Assembly: GCF_013365455.1 (NCBI RefSeq) | Contig: NZ_CP046578.1 | Coordinates: 150,001 to 182,000 of the forward strand | Source of the DNA: Wolbachia endosymbiont of Dirofilaria (Dirofilaria) immitis | GTDB taxonomy: Bacteria; Pseudomonadota; Alphaproteobacteria; Rickettsiales; Anaplasmataceae | Direction: 5' to 3' | DNA: 32,000 nt | In this document: piece by piece, positions 1 to 13,084 of the stretch | Layout of the letters: every line of letters starts with the position of its first letter | How positions within the stretch are numbered: position 1 is the first letter of the stretch | Made by a program: the position numbers and the translations under genes | Notes under the pieces: model-generated | Told to the model about the DNA's origin: nothing | Database searches by the model: none | Seen by the model: the letters and a program-made list of their open reading frames with translations, nothing else

Positions 1-436
1 GGGTAGAAAGTATTTTAAACTAAATAAGATCTTCTTTCAAGATAAAGAAGTATATGTAGGAAGTAGAAACAGATTTTATAGAGGAGATTTGCTTATTTAG
101 GTAGAGAAACAGAAATAATAGAAAGTATAGTTTATATGTAAAGCTTTAAAATATAAATAGATAACATAAGTAGTACATGTTAATTTATGGTAAAGTATGA
201 AAGGTGTTTAAATGGTTGGTACTTATATTGGCTTGACGCAAAGTAATATGCTTCTAAGAAAATTAATTGGCATAGTAGCATATCAAAATGTGATTATCAG
301 AGTGTAGAGCTGACTGTGCTTTATAAAGCTACACAAATAATATTGACAATTGGTAAGAAGAAATTCTACCTGAAAGGTTTAGGATTAAAGCTATAGACAA
401 CTTCTTTTTTTTGTATATAACCTTAAGAGGCTTTAT

Positions 437-1960
437 GTGTACAAAGTGAAAAGAGCTTTAATATCAGTGTATGATAAGACAAATATAATTGATCTTGCAT
501 CATTTTTAGTACAGAGACAAATAAAGGTTCTTTCAACAGGAAATACTTATAAAATGCTATCTGATGCTGGAATAAAAATACAGGAAATCTCAGATTATAC
601 TCAATTTCCAGAGGTGCTAGATGGTAGAGTAAAGACTTTGCATCCTAAAGTTCATGGAGGGATACTTTGTGACCGAGAAAAGCATAGAGAGGAAATACAA
701 GGTCTAGGGATTGAGCCTATAGATCTTCTTATAATTAATCTATATCCGTTCTGGGAAACAGTAAGCAGCAGATCAAGTGAGAAGCAAATTATAGAACAAA
801 TTGATATTGGTGGAGTAGCACTGATTAGAGCTGCAGCAAAAAATTTTCATTTTACTTCGGTCATTTCTAGCATTCAAGATTATGAAACACTAAAAGTTGA
901 GATGATTGAGAACAATAATGAAACAACTTTAGAGTATAGAAAGCATCTAGCAACTAAAGCGTTTGCTCTTGCAGCATACTATGATTCTAATATTTATAGT
1001 TGGTTTTTATCACAGAGTAGAAGTAGTGAGTTGCCAGAGTTTTTTACTCTATATGGATATAAAGCACAAGGACTAAGGTATGGGGAGAATCCTCACCAAA
1101 AAGCTGCATTTTATAGCAATCAATTCACAAAATATCCGCTAAAAAAAGTGTGTGGAAAAGAATTGAGTTATAACAATATATTAGATGTAGAGTCTGCGCT
1201 TAACATAGTTTCTGAATTTGAAGAACCTACGGCAGTGATAATTAAGCATAATAACCCATGTGGTGTTGCTGTTGGTAATAGTGCTTTAGAAGCATATGAG
1301 AAAGCTTTGTCGTGTGATGAAATTAGTAGTTTCGGTGGTATAGTAGCTTTAAATCGTGCTATAGATTTAAAGCTAGCAGAGAAATTAAGTGAGATCTTTT
1401 TAGAAGTAGTGATAATGCCATCAGTAAATAGTGAAGCATTGAAAGTTTTACAAAAAAAGAAGAATTTAAGAGTGGTTATTTATGAATCCTTTCAACGAAA
1501 TGCAAAGTATCAAGTCAAAAACGTTGTAGGTGGTTTTTTAGTACAAGAGAGTAATAACTATACAATAAAAATGGAAGAGATGAGCCAAGTGACTAGGCAC
1601 ACCGCAACGAAAAAAGAAAAAGAAGATCTGATTTTTGCTTGGAAAATATGTAAACACGTGAAGTCCAATGCAATAGTTATAGCAAAAAGTGGATGTACTG
1701 TTGGTATTGGTGCAGGGCAAACAAGTAGAATAGACAGTGTAAACATTGCAGTAAAAAAAGCAGGTGAAAGATGTAAAGGTGCTGTACTTGCCTCAGATGC
1801 ATTTTTCCCGTTTCCAGATAGCATAATAGAAGGTGCAAAGCATGGGGTTACAGCTATAATTCAGCCTGGCGGTTCGCTCAAAGATCAAGATGTGATAGCA
1901 GCTGCAAATGAGAGTAAAATTGCCATGTTTTTTACTGGTATTCGTAGCTTCTTTCATTAG
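437..1960 (+). CDS. purH: Bifunctional phosphoribosylaminoimidazolecarboxamide formyltransferase / IMP cyclohydrolase
   Basis: 507 aa ORF; N-terminal RALISVYDKTNI..LASFL..STGNTYKML, EVLDGRVKTLHPKVHGGIL, central KHNNPCGVA and C-terminal SDAFFPFPDSI..A..HGVTAIIQPGGS..D are characteristic PurH motifs. GTG start called at 437; a second in-frame GTG at 446 is possible. Confidence 0.97.
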   Translation: MYKVKRALISVYDKTNIIDLASFLVQRQIKVLSTGNTYKMLSDAGIKIQEISDYTQFPEVLDGRVKTLHPKVHGGILCDREKHREEIQGLGIEPIDLLIINLYPFWETVSSRSSEKQIIEQIDIGGVALIRAAAKNFHFTSVISSIQDYETLKVEMIENNNETTLEYRKHLATKAFALAAYYDSNIYSWFLSQSRSSELPEFFTLYGYKAQGLRYGENPHQKAAFYSNQFTKYPLKKVCGKELSYNNILDVESALNIVSEFEEPTAVIIKHNNPCGVAVGNSALEAYEKALSCDEISSFGGIVALNRAIDLKLAEKLSEIFLEVVIMPSVNSEALKVLQKKKNLRVVIYESFQRNAKYQVKNVVGGFLVQESNNYTIKMEEMSQVTRHTATKKEKEDLIFAWKICKHVKSNAIVIAKSGCTVGIGAGQTSRIDSVNIAVKKAGERCKGAVLASDAFFPFPDSIIEGAKHGVTAIIQPGGSLKDQDVIAAANESKIAMFFTGIRSFFH

Positions 1961-2054
1961 GTTTTATATCTTATGCTAGGAATTTTCTTTTTATGCCATC
2001 ATAACTTTGTGAATATATATGATTCTTTACATCATCAATAATGCAGAGCTGTGC

Positions 2055-3600
2055 AATAGATCTACTGGATTTTGAGAAATGTAACCTATTTCTGTATTTA
2101 AATATATCAAGAAGTAATTTGAAGGATTTATCTTCAGCCATTATGCTTTTTGCATTGCTGTGTGCAGGATTAAGTGCTCTCTATTCTTAGATAAATCAGC
2201 AAATTTAAATTCCACGCATTCTGATTATTTTATGCCTAAAATATCTCCTCTACCTCTTAGTTGATTCAGTTGTGATAATCCAAATTACTCTACATTTTCT
2301 ATAATCATAATGGTTACATTCAGTATATCTATGCCGACTTCTGTCACAGTAGTTGCAGTAAGAAAAGCGAATTTACCTATTTTGAAAGAGAGTATAGTTT
2401 GATCTTTCTGCTTCTGGGTTAAGTTTCCTGTATATTATAACTATAACTCTATCAAGGAATGTTTTTTTAATTTATGAAAGCGCATATCTCTGCTGCAGTG
2501 ATATTTAGCTCCTCATTTCCTACTATGTATAGATGAATCCAATATGCTTTTTTGTCTCTATTTATAGTACCCTTGAGCCTTTCAATAATATCTAATATTT
2601 TCTTAGTATTTATAGTGGCAGTTTTTATTACTAATCTGGATTTTGATTTTTTCATTAAAGATAAACATTCAATATTGCCATATATAGCTTGTGACAAAGT
2701 TATTAAAATTGAAGTTGCAGTGACGAAAAGTATATTAGCATTTCTTCCTTTTTTTTGCTAAACTATTTCTCTGCATCACTCAAATCTGTGTTGTTCATTT
2801 ATAACTGTAAATCCCAGATTTTTAAATATAATATTGGCTTGAAGTAGTGCGTGAGTGCCAATCGCTATATTTAAATACCATTTATAAGTTCGTTCATGAT
2901 AATCTTTTTTTCTTAAGTGTAAGTCTAGTAAGTAGAGCAACCTTTATGTCAGTATAAGATAAAGCCTTTTCTTGAAAACTTCCGCTTCAGTTAATGAGCT
3001 TGGCTTGTGTAACTTTATGATACTTTCTCTCCAACTTAGCTATTTTTTTGTCTGATTAATTTGATATCTATCCACTTTGGCAAATTGGGTAGTTCTTTTG
3101 AATTAGAGCTTATTATATTCCTAATATCTTTATTGGTGATGTCACCACGACATAGTTGGCAAACCGGTTCTGTGCGAGCTATTTCTTTGAACAGGCTGAT
3201 GTTAAGTAATACATAATCTGCATGAGCGATTTACCAATGCTTGGCAAATTTTTCGAATTTTCTACTGATAATTACACTGGTTCTGATTGGAAATTAGTTT
3301 ATGTTAATATTTAATTAAATAGTTAAAAAAAAAGACTATGAGTGTACTATGTACTGGCTTTCACTTTCAACGACTATTTTGTATGGTCTGCCTCTAAGGG
3401 TAGGTGGCTGATGCTCACAAACTCTTGCCACGAAAGCTGTAAATTCTCTGGCTTAAGTATCAAGTGGTAGTTTGCTTCTATTTATATAACCGAATGGCTT
3501 ATAAAATAACAAGTCAATCACTTTATTTCCGCAACAGAGTTTGGGTAGTATTAAAGTTGTAATTTGTCTTTTGCTATTTTTAAAGGGATAAAAGATTAGC
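2055..3600 (-). pseudogene. recG: Decayed ATP-dependent DNA helicase RecG, multiple frameshifts/stops and an internal deletion covering helicase motif I
   Basis: Translating the minus strand by eye across frames gives, from high to low coordinate: [230 protein letters not shown]. These match conserved RecG blocks in the correct order. Confidence 0.9.
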
Positions 3601-3847
3601 TAGTAGTAAATGAGATACAATAAAGTAAAAGTTTGTTTGATGTTATTTAAGGAGTTTTTTTTAATTGATTAGAGTATTTTTGGCTATACTAATAATATAG
3701 AAATGAGAGAAGAGAAAGGTGTGTAATTATGATAAAAGGTGACTTTATTAAACTCTTAAAATAAAAAATACTTAAAAAAGTGTTAAATTGTCAATTAATA
3801 GTATCGAGGCTGCTGTACAGGACAAGTAGTAAAAAAACTGTACTAAG

Positions 3848-4735
3848 TCAAAGGGAGAGCGTAAATTTTTCTACGCAGTCGATTATTTCAGAATTTGGAA
3901 ATTGATTTTTAAACCAAGTGTACTGGCGCTTTGCATAACGTCTTGTATTTGTTTGGGCAATTTGTATTGCTTCGTTTAGAGTAATCTCACCTTTTAAGTA
4001 TTTTATAATTTCTGGTACTCCGTGTGCTTTCATAGCTGGCAAACATGAGTCTAGGTTCATGCTAAGTAGATTTTTTACTTCATCAATCGCTCCATTCTTG
4101 ACCATTGTAATAAAGCGGGAATTTATTTTTTGATATACGTCCTCGCGTTTAGGTAAAATTGTATATATCTTAAAATTATTGAGCAAAGGAGGCTGTCTAT
4201 TTTTTTGCCACGTGAGAATTGACTTACCAGTTTCAGTAATAACTTCAAGTGCTCTTGAAAGGCGATATGAATCGTTCATAAATATTTTACCTCTAATTTT
4301 TGGGTCTTTATTTAGCACTAATTTGTAAAACTCTTCTTTGCTTAAGTTTTTCCTGAACTCAATTACATTTTTTCTTACTTCTTTACTTATTTGTGGAGTT
4401 GATGATAAGCCTTTGATCAAACTGCTGATATAAAGACCGCTTCCTCCAGTGATGATGGGTACTTGCAAATTTTCTAGTGTATTATTGATTTCCTTTTTTA
4501 AATCTTTTAGCCATAAACCCACGGAATAGTTTTCTCTTGCTGAAACATATCCATACAATTTATAAGGTTTTTCTTGTTTCGATGGCTGAGCGGTAATTAT
4601 GGGAATTTCTTTATATACCTGCTTTGAGTCACAGTTTATTATTCTAATGTCTAAATATTCTTTCGTTAGATTATTGCATAATTCTGATTTGCCTGAAGCT
4701 GTAATTCCTGTAATAATTATTATACTATCTCTCAT
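3848..4735 (-). CDS. miaA: tRNA dimethylallyltransferase
   Basis: 295 aa; P-loop GITASGKSEL, NCDSKQVYKEIPIITAQP, GGSGLYISSLIKGL, QTNTRRYAKRQYTWFKNQ. Confidence 0.96.
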   Translation of the reverse strand: MRDSIIIITGITASGKSELCNNLTKEYLDIRIINCDSKQVYKEIPIITAQPSKQEKPYKLYGYVSARENYSVGLWLKDLKKEINNTLENLQVPIITGGSGLYISSLIKGLSSTPQISKEVRKNVIEFRKNLSKEEFYKLVLNKDPKIRGKIFMNDSYRLSRALEVITETGKSILTWQKNRQPPLLNNFKIYTILPKREDVYQKINSRFITMVKNGAIDEVKNLLSMNLDSCLPAMKAHGVPEIIKYLKGEITLNEAIQIAQTNTRRYAKRQYTWFKNQFPNSEIIDCVEKFTLSL

Positions 4736-4809
4736 TTATTTAATTTAACTAACATGTAATAGAGTGTGGTAAAAATTTGGATTCTATAATCTAAAGTTCG
4801 GAGACTTTT

Positions 4810-5280
4810 ATGGCAGGGAACAACGATAATAATTCATTTACTAAGCGTTTTTCAAATAGGACTTCTGGTCACGCAGGGGAAAGTTTTTTTAATAGATATT
4901 TATCTCAAAACACAAAGGAACGTGTGTTAGGAGAAAAAGGAAAAATCTCTGAATTAGCGAACAGAAAAACTGAATCTAATCAAGCTTTTTCCGAAAGTAG
5001 CGGCATAAAAAGCAAGAGTAGAACTTTCAATAAGAGATCCTTTGTTGATGTAACAAGAAGAAGTAGATCAGATCTCATATATCTAGTTCGTGGTAAAGAT
5101 CGTGGAAGGTCAGCATGGCACTATGTATTAATTGATAAAGATAAGAGGGAAATGTTTCTTGCAAAAAGCAGAACTGGTTCTATGGATGTTGCAGATTATG
5201 GAGAGATTTTATATTCAGGATGGGGAGAAAATCCACCACAGGGAATAGTTGATAAAATTAATGAAGAGTTTGGTCTGTAG
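4810..5280 (+). CDS. Conserved hypothetical protein with low-complexity basic N-terminus and compact C-terminal domain (GRSAWHYVLIDKDKREMFL...DVADYGEILYSGWGENPP)
   Basis: 156 aa ORF with codon use and composition consistent with coding; C-terminal motif resembles a small conserved alphaproteobacterial protein of unknown function (from memory, no search performed). Confidence 0.8.
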   Translation: MAGNNDNNSFTKRFSNRTSGHAGESFFNRYLSQNTKERVLGEKGKISELANRKTESNQAFSESSGIKSKSRTFNKRSFVDVTRRSRSDLIYLVRGKDRGRSAWHYVLIDKDKREMFLAKSRTGSMDVADYGEILYSGWGENPPQGIVDKINEEFGL

Positions 5281-5486
5281 TAAGTTTGCTGTAGGCTTTG
5301 TATAGCTTTTTATATAATAACTAAGTGTAAGGTGTAACATAACATAAAAAGTTTAAGTATTATGGTGCTCCTATCATCTTAATCTATACAGGATGATCTG
5401 CTTTAGGTAGAAAGTTAACGAAATTTATCAAGTATTTGTTTAATTGCTCAAGTCTAGAAGACTTAAATTTGTTTTTATGAGGTTGC

Positions 5487-7226
5487 TCAATTAATGGTCA
5501 GTACATCTTCTATTAAAAACTGTATAAATTCATTCCCATTCCAGTAACTCATGAAGATTTTGCCTAAAACAGCTTTAACATTGCCCTGTATGATAGCAGA
5601 ACCAAGATGAGTATTTACAGAACGAAACGCAATAGCTCTGACCATGGCATCATTATCAACAATGAAGCATTTTATATGGTCAACTCCTACAATTTTAGGT
5701 TTTTTGATCTTTACTCCTTGGATAATGAATCTTGGCTCAGGATTACCAATACCGAATGGCTCTAAGCGTTGTAATTGATTCCATAGAGATAGGTTTATTG
5801 CTTTGACAGTTACTATACCATCAGCTTTCAAAACTTTATCATTTATGTGGTTTGTGAGCTTCTTAGTAAAAAAGTGACGTAGGTCATTTATTTTATCTTC
5901 TCTAATTAAAAAACCTGCTGCCATACTATGGCCACCACCTTCAATAATTAAATTCATATACTTTGCAGAAAGGATTGCAGCACCGATGTTGACTTCAGGA
6001 ATTGACCTGCAACTTGCTTTCCCTATTCCATTGCTTAGAGATATTACTATTGCTGGTAAGTGGAACTGCTCTTTTAACTTTGATGCAATTATGCCAATTA
6101 TTCCTTGATGCCAATTACCACTTACTATTATAAAATTTCTGCTTGAATAGGTAGATTTTTCCACTTGTGTTATAGCCTCTGAAAAAGCCTCATTTTCCAT
6201 CATCTTTCTTGTATTATTTAAATTTATTAATTTTAATGCAATGGAATGTGCTTCTTCTTCGTCATTTGTAGAGAGCAGCCTTGCACCTAGCGATGCTTCT
6301 CCAATTCTTCCTCCAGCATTTATGCATGGTCCAATATTAAAGCCCAACCGAGAAACACTTGGCTTTTCAATGATTCCTAACGCATCAGACAAAATGCGTA
6401 AGCCAACGTTTTTTCTTGTTGACATAACTTTTAATCCTTGTGAGACGAATGCTCTATTAAGGCCAGTAATCTGCATAGCATCACAAACAGTACCAAGAGC
6501 AACTAGATCTAGCAGATCAAATAAATTTGGTTCTTTTCTGTTAGTGAAAAATCCCTGTTCGCGTAGGCTCTTATTAAGAGCAACAACCATTAAAAATGAT
6601 ACTCCAACTGCTGCAAGGTCACTGTAAGGAGAGCTCTCATCAAGACGGTTTGGGTTAACAACTGCCACAGCGCTTGGTAGCTTTTCTACGCTAAGGTGAT
6701 GGTCAATAACTATAATATCAAGGCCAAAGTTTTTTGCATCTTTTATTGGCTGGTATGCAAGCGTGCCGCAATCAACTGAAATACATAAGTTAATGCCTTC
6801 ATTTTTAAGTTGTAATAAGGCATCTGAGTTTAATCCATAGCCCTCATTAATGCGATCTGGAATGTAAGTAATAGAGTATACACCAATCATTCTGAGATAT
6901 CTATTAATCAATGCTGATGATGTTGCGCCGTCGACATCGTAGTCACCAAATATTGCTATATTTTCATCATCATTTATTGCTTGTATTATGCGGTAAACAG
7001 CCTTATCCATGTCAAGGAGGTGAAATGGATCTGGTAGTAGTAATCTGATTAGTGGATACAGAAAATTGCCTGCATTTTCTATATTAACACCACGAGTGAC
7101 GAGTGTTCTTGCTAATGTTTCTGGTAATTCAAACTTCTGGATTAGGGTTAAGACTTCTCTTTGGTCAGCTTCTTGCAACTTCCATAATACGTTTGTTATG
7201 CTGCGCTTTTCGATATCAAATAGCAT
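5487..7226 (-). CDS. recJ: Single-stranded-DNA-specific exonuclease RecJ
   Basis: 579 aa; DHH phosphoesterase motifs IFGDYDVDGATSSAL, SVDCGT, VIDHHL, DLVALGTVCD, and DHHA1 GGGHSMAAGF. Confidence 0.95.
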   Translation of the reverse strand: MLFDIEKRSITNVLWKLQEADQREVLTLIQKFELPETLARTLVTRGVNIENAGNFLYPLIRLLLPDPFHLLDMDKAVYRIIQAINDDENIAIFGDYDVDGATSSALINRYLRMIGVYSITYIPDRINEGYGLNSDALLQLKNEGINLCISVDCGTLAYQPIKDAKNFGLDIIVIDHHLSVEKLPSAVAVVNPNRLDESSPYSDLAAVGVSFLMVVALNKSLREQGFFTNRKEPNLFDLLDLVALGTVCDAMQITGLNRAFVSQGLKVMSTRKNVGLRILSDALGIIEKPSVSRLGFNIGPCINAGGRIGEASLGARLLSTNDEEEAHSIALKLINLNNTRKMMENEAFSEAITQVEKSTYSSRNFIIVSGNWHQGIIGIIASKLKEQFHLPAIVISLSNGIGKASCRSIPEVNIGAAILSAKYMNLIIEGGGHSMAAGFLIREDKINDLRHFFTKKLTNHINDKVLKADGIVTVKAINLSLWNQLQRLEPFGIGNPEPRFIIQGVKIKKPKIVGVDHIKCFIVDNDAMVRAIAFRSVNTHLGSAIIQGNVKAVLGKIFMSYWNGNEFIQFLIEDVLTIN

Positions 7227-7365
7227 ATTTTTTGTAAATAAAACTACTTTACCAGAATTTTTGATTTTGCTCTATTGAAAGATGAGTTAACTATTTGTAA
7301 ATTAATTGCTTGCTGTTTGTAGAAATATTTGTATTACTTATAATGCTAGTTGATAAAGATTAACT

Positions 7366-7893
7366 ATGGAACTTAATAAAGTTGCAGCATCCATTCTTCT
7401 TTCTGGGCTTATGATTATGATAGTCAGTAACGTAGTTGATGTGCTTTATAGTCCAGAGAAATATGAGGTTGAACACCAAACGATAGTAACTGCTGGTGGC
7501 AGTGAACTTCAACAAAAGATCGAGCAAATAGCGCTTGATATTGGTGCTCTCATGCAGAATGCCAGCTTTGAGAAAGGTAAATTAGCTGTAAAGAAGTGTA
7601 TAGCTTGTCATAGTTTTGAGAAAGGTGGGTTTAATAGGGTAGGGCCGAATTTATGGAATGTAGTTGGAAATGAAAAAGCCCACCTTGGTAACGCATTTAA
7701 TTACTCAAAGGCAATGCTCGAAAAGGGTGGGAAGTGGGGATATGAAGAATTATTTGTCTTTTTAAAGAATCCGCAAGCTTATATAAAAGGGACACGCATG
7801 GCGTTTGCAGGTATTTCTAATCCACAAGAAATAGCTGACTTAGTCAGCTATTTACGGCTATTAAGCGATAGTCCAGTTGATTTGCCGAAATAA
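7366..7893 (+). CDS. Membrane-anchored class I c-type cytochrome (cytochrome c-552/CycM-like)
   Basis: 175 aa; N-terminal transmembrane anchor, haem motif CIACHSFEKGGFNRVGPNLW, distal Met region GTRMAFAGISNPQEIADLVSYLR. Confidence 0.9.
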   Translation: MELNKVAASILLSGLMIMIVSNVVDVLYSPEKYEVEHQTIVTAGGSELQQKIEQIALDIGALMQNASFEKGKLAVKKCIACHSFEKGGFNRVGPNLWNVVGNEKAHLGNAFNYSKAMLEKGGKWGYEELFVFLKNPQAYIKGTRMAFAGISNPQEIADLVSYLRLLSDSPVDLPK

Positions 7894-7896
7894 TAT

Positions 7897-8649
7897 ATGG
7901 ATTATTATAAGTTATTTGATGAAAATGGTAGGTATATAGCATATCGGAAGCTACAGGGGGTAAGAGCTTCTATAATCTTTTTTAGTGGGTTTGCGTCTAA
8001 TATGAATGGGACTAAAGCAACTGCTATTTATAGATTTTGCCAAGAAAATAATGTGGAACTTGTACTGTTTGATTATTTTGGTCATGGTTATTCAAGTGGT
8101 AATTTTATTGATTACACAGTAAGTGATTGGCGGAAAAATTGTGCTAGAGTCATTAGTGAGTTAACTAGCGGTAAACAGATAGTTATAGGTTCAAGTATGG
8201 GTGGGTGGCTGATGTTGCTTACTGTTCTTCAATTTCCAGAAAGGATTTCAGCATTAATTGGTATATCATCTGCTCCTGATTTTACTGAAGATTTAATATT
8301 CAGGCAGTTATCAGGCAAACAGAAAGAAGAGCTAGATTCTAAAGGTATAGTGGATTTTACTTCAGAGGGTTGTACATACAAAATAACCAAGAATTTGATA
8401 GAAGATGGTAGAAAGAACCTTCTTTTGAATAAAGAAAGGATAGATATAAGTTCTCCTGTGCGCTTGTTACATAGTATTAATGATAAAGATGTTCCTTATC
8501 AGACTTCATTAAATTTGGCTAAAAAAATTAAATCACTTGATGTTGAAGTACACTTGATTAAATCAGCAGAACATAATATGTCTGACAATCGTTCATTAGA
8601 AATTTTATTTCAGACCATTAGGGAATTTTGTTCACCGTATAGTGATTAG
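7897..8649 (+). CDS. Alpha/beta hydrolase family protein
   Basis: 250 aa; nucleophile elbow GSSMGGW, FFSGFASNMNGTKA near N-terminus, catalytic Asp region INDKDVPY and C-terminal His (SAEHNMSD). Starts 3 bp after the upstream stop codon. Confidence 0.9.
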   Translation: MDYYKLFDENGRYIAYRKLQGVRASIIFFSGFASNMNGTKATAIYRFCQENNVELVLFDYFGHGYSSGNFIDYTVSDWRKNCARVISELTSGKQIVIGSSMGGWLMLLTVLQFPERISALIGISSAPDFTEDLIFRQLSGKQKEELDSKGIVDFTSEGCTYKITKNLIEDGRKNLLLNKERIDISSPVRLLHSINDKDVPYQTSLNLAKKIKSLDVEVHLIKSAEHNMSDNRSLEILFQTIREFCSPYSD

Positions 8650-9724
8650 AATAGTTCATATTTGCTGGATTTATTGGTGGGAGCTTTAATTGTATTAGTG
8701 TAATATTAATAAAAACTTGATGATAAGTCTTAGTGACATGCGTTTACATATTTGTAATCTTGTATTATGAAGGAAATAGAAGGGTATTATCCTTGGGAGT
8801 AAAAAGTGCAAGAGGAAAGCTAAGTTCAGAAGAACTTAAGGTTTTTATTATATATTGAATTTGCTTTCTGATATTGTAGGAGAAAGAAGTGATCAGAGTT
8901 GGCTAAGCACCCTTAGCCAAAAGTGGTTGAGGGATGAATCAAAAGAATTTAGTTCTTTTAAAGAAACTTTGATATGCATGATGGAGATTAATGTGTTCTT
9001 TTGTATACTGTGATTTGGGAGGATAATATTAAAGTTATAAGCTCTAATAAAATATTATAAATGAGGAATAAATTCTATAATAAAGAGTGTAAGATGCTTA
9101 TTATAGTACTGGAAATCAAAAGATTTATTAACATAATTATTACTAATAAGTAGGTTTTTCCTATTCTTTTTTTTCTTATATAAGTTCATTTGTACTTATC
9201 GGTAGTGGTTAAATTAGGTTAAAGGAAAGCTAATAGGAATTATAAAAAGAGCTATTGTGTAAAAATTTCTCTAAAATGGCTAAGAAAAACCTCAGTAACT
9301 TCTTTTAAAAAAAGAGTAAGAAAAGATTCATGATAGGTGCTGAAATTATTGTCTGAAGTATTGATGTATATTATGACTATATATAAAAGATCATTAGAAA
9401 ATGGTTAACGATTTAGTAATAAAGTAATTGATGAATAGGAAGGATAAGAATTAAAAATGTATGAATAATTTAATTTTACATAGAATTGAGAGGCTCGATG
9501 AAAAAGGTGAGCAAATTATATTTTAGCTATTTGCCTTAAAATATAAAGTGAGGTCCTATAATTATTTTGTTTAGTTTGTATGTTGAAGTAGTATGTAAAT
9601 TCACTTTGCATGAGTAATTTAGTATATTTTGTTTATGTATCACAGCTGAAAGTCTTTCTTTCGGCTTAAAAATGATTGCTAATCAGCATATGTAAATGTA
9701 ATATTAATTAATATTTATAAATAA

Positions 9725-12106
<2,382 letters not shown>

Positions 12107-12964
12107 CTTTCTTTTACTTTTGTTTATTAGTTCTGTACTATATCTCTTCATGGTAATCTTTTTTTGTTGGGATATGTAATGGTTAATGCGCTGTCTTTGC
12201 AGGTAATGTTCTATAATTTTACATCGTGCATAATGGCACCTTTATTTATTGTTTGTTTTTAGATTTAATCAATTAAATAAGGGGGAGGAAACATTAAATT
12301 GTATTAAAAAAGACCATTTAATTGGGGAATTACTTGCTATTGCTATGTATTTATTGGAAATCAATGCTTATTAGTCAGAAAATAACGAGGTTTACTAATT
12401 ATGATTAGAATTTGAGCATGGTAATATGCTTTGTTAAGCTTTAAATGGATTTGCATTAGTAGTATGATGCTAAGCGTTGATTTGAAGACTGATTAACTGA
12501 AACTGGAAACTTAGGTAGTGTTAAGTAGTAATGATATAAAAAAAGAAGATATTTTTTTTCAGAGAAGTGTAACATTTATGAGCGTCGGGATATTTTTTGT
12601 TTGCAGGGATTTTAGTCAAAAAAGATGAATCTGTACTTGAAAACTTATAGCAAAGTAGTAGTGTTAGATAAGTGGAGTTTATTGTTGAAGTCAGTTAAAT
12701 TCTTTAGGTCAACAATACGTGTAGAATTTAGGGTTATAGCGAAGGAGTATAAATATAAAGATAAAGTTAATTGTATTATTCACTGTGCTTTCATAGTAAA
12801 TTTTTGCCAGAGGTGAATATTTAATGTTAGCAGGTTATAATAAAATATTTCTAATAGGCAAAAGTAAGTTTAACAATACTGTAAATTTTGTGATGGGTCC
12901 TATATACTTAGTTTTTATGGCTGAACTTGCTTAGCGGCACAACTTTTAATATTATATAGTATAT

Positions 12965-13049
12965 GGAAAGGTGGCTGAGTGGTCTAAAGCACACGCTTGG
13001 AAAGCGTGCATATAAAAATATGTCGGGGGTTCGAATCCCCCCTTTTCCG
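12965..13049 (+). tRNA. tRNA-Ser (anticodon GGA)
   Basis: ggaaagg...cttttcc acceptor stem (one G-U pair), discriminator G, anticodon loop cttggaaag, long variable arm, T arm gggggTTCGAATccccc. CCA not encoded. Confidence 0.95.
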
Positions 13050-13084
13050 TATTACATTCATTGTATGAAAATGGAAGCGAAAGT

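Noticed and set aside
1538-1824. Two minus-strand ORFs (60 and 88 aa) inside purH
   Set aside because: Shadow ORFs antisense to a well-supported coding gene.
2467-2697. 76 aa minus-strand ORF as an independent small gene
   Set aside because: It is an internal fragment of the recG pseudogene (YGNIECLSLMKKS...[20 protein letters not shown] matches RecG).
2552-2761. 69 aa plus-strand ORF
   Set aside because: Antisense to the recG relic; no supporting signal.
6241-6627. 128 aa plus-strand ORF within recJ
   Set aside because: Antisense to conserved recJ; Ser/Arg/Pro-rich composition typical of antisense shadow frames.
12625-12816. 63 aa plus-strand ORF upstream of tRNA-Ser
   Set aside because: Short, no motif, in an otherwise non-coding AT-rich stretch; insufficient support.
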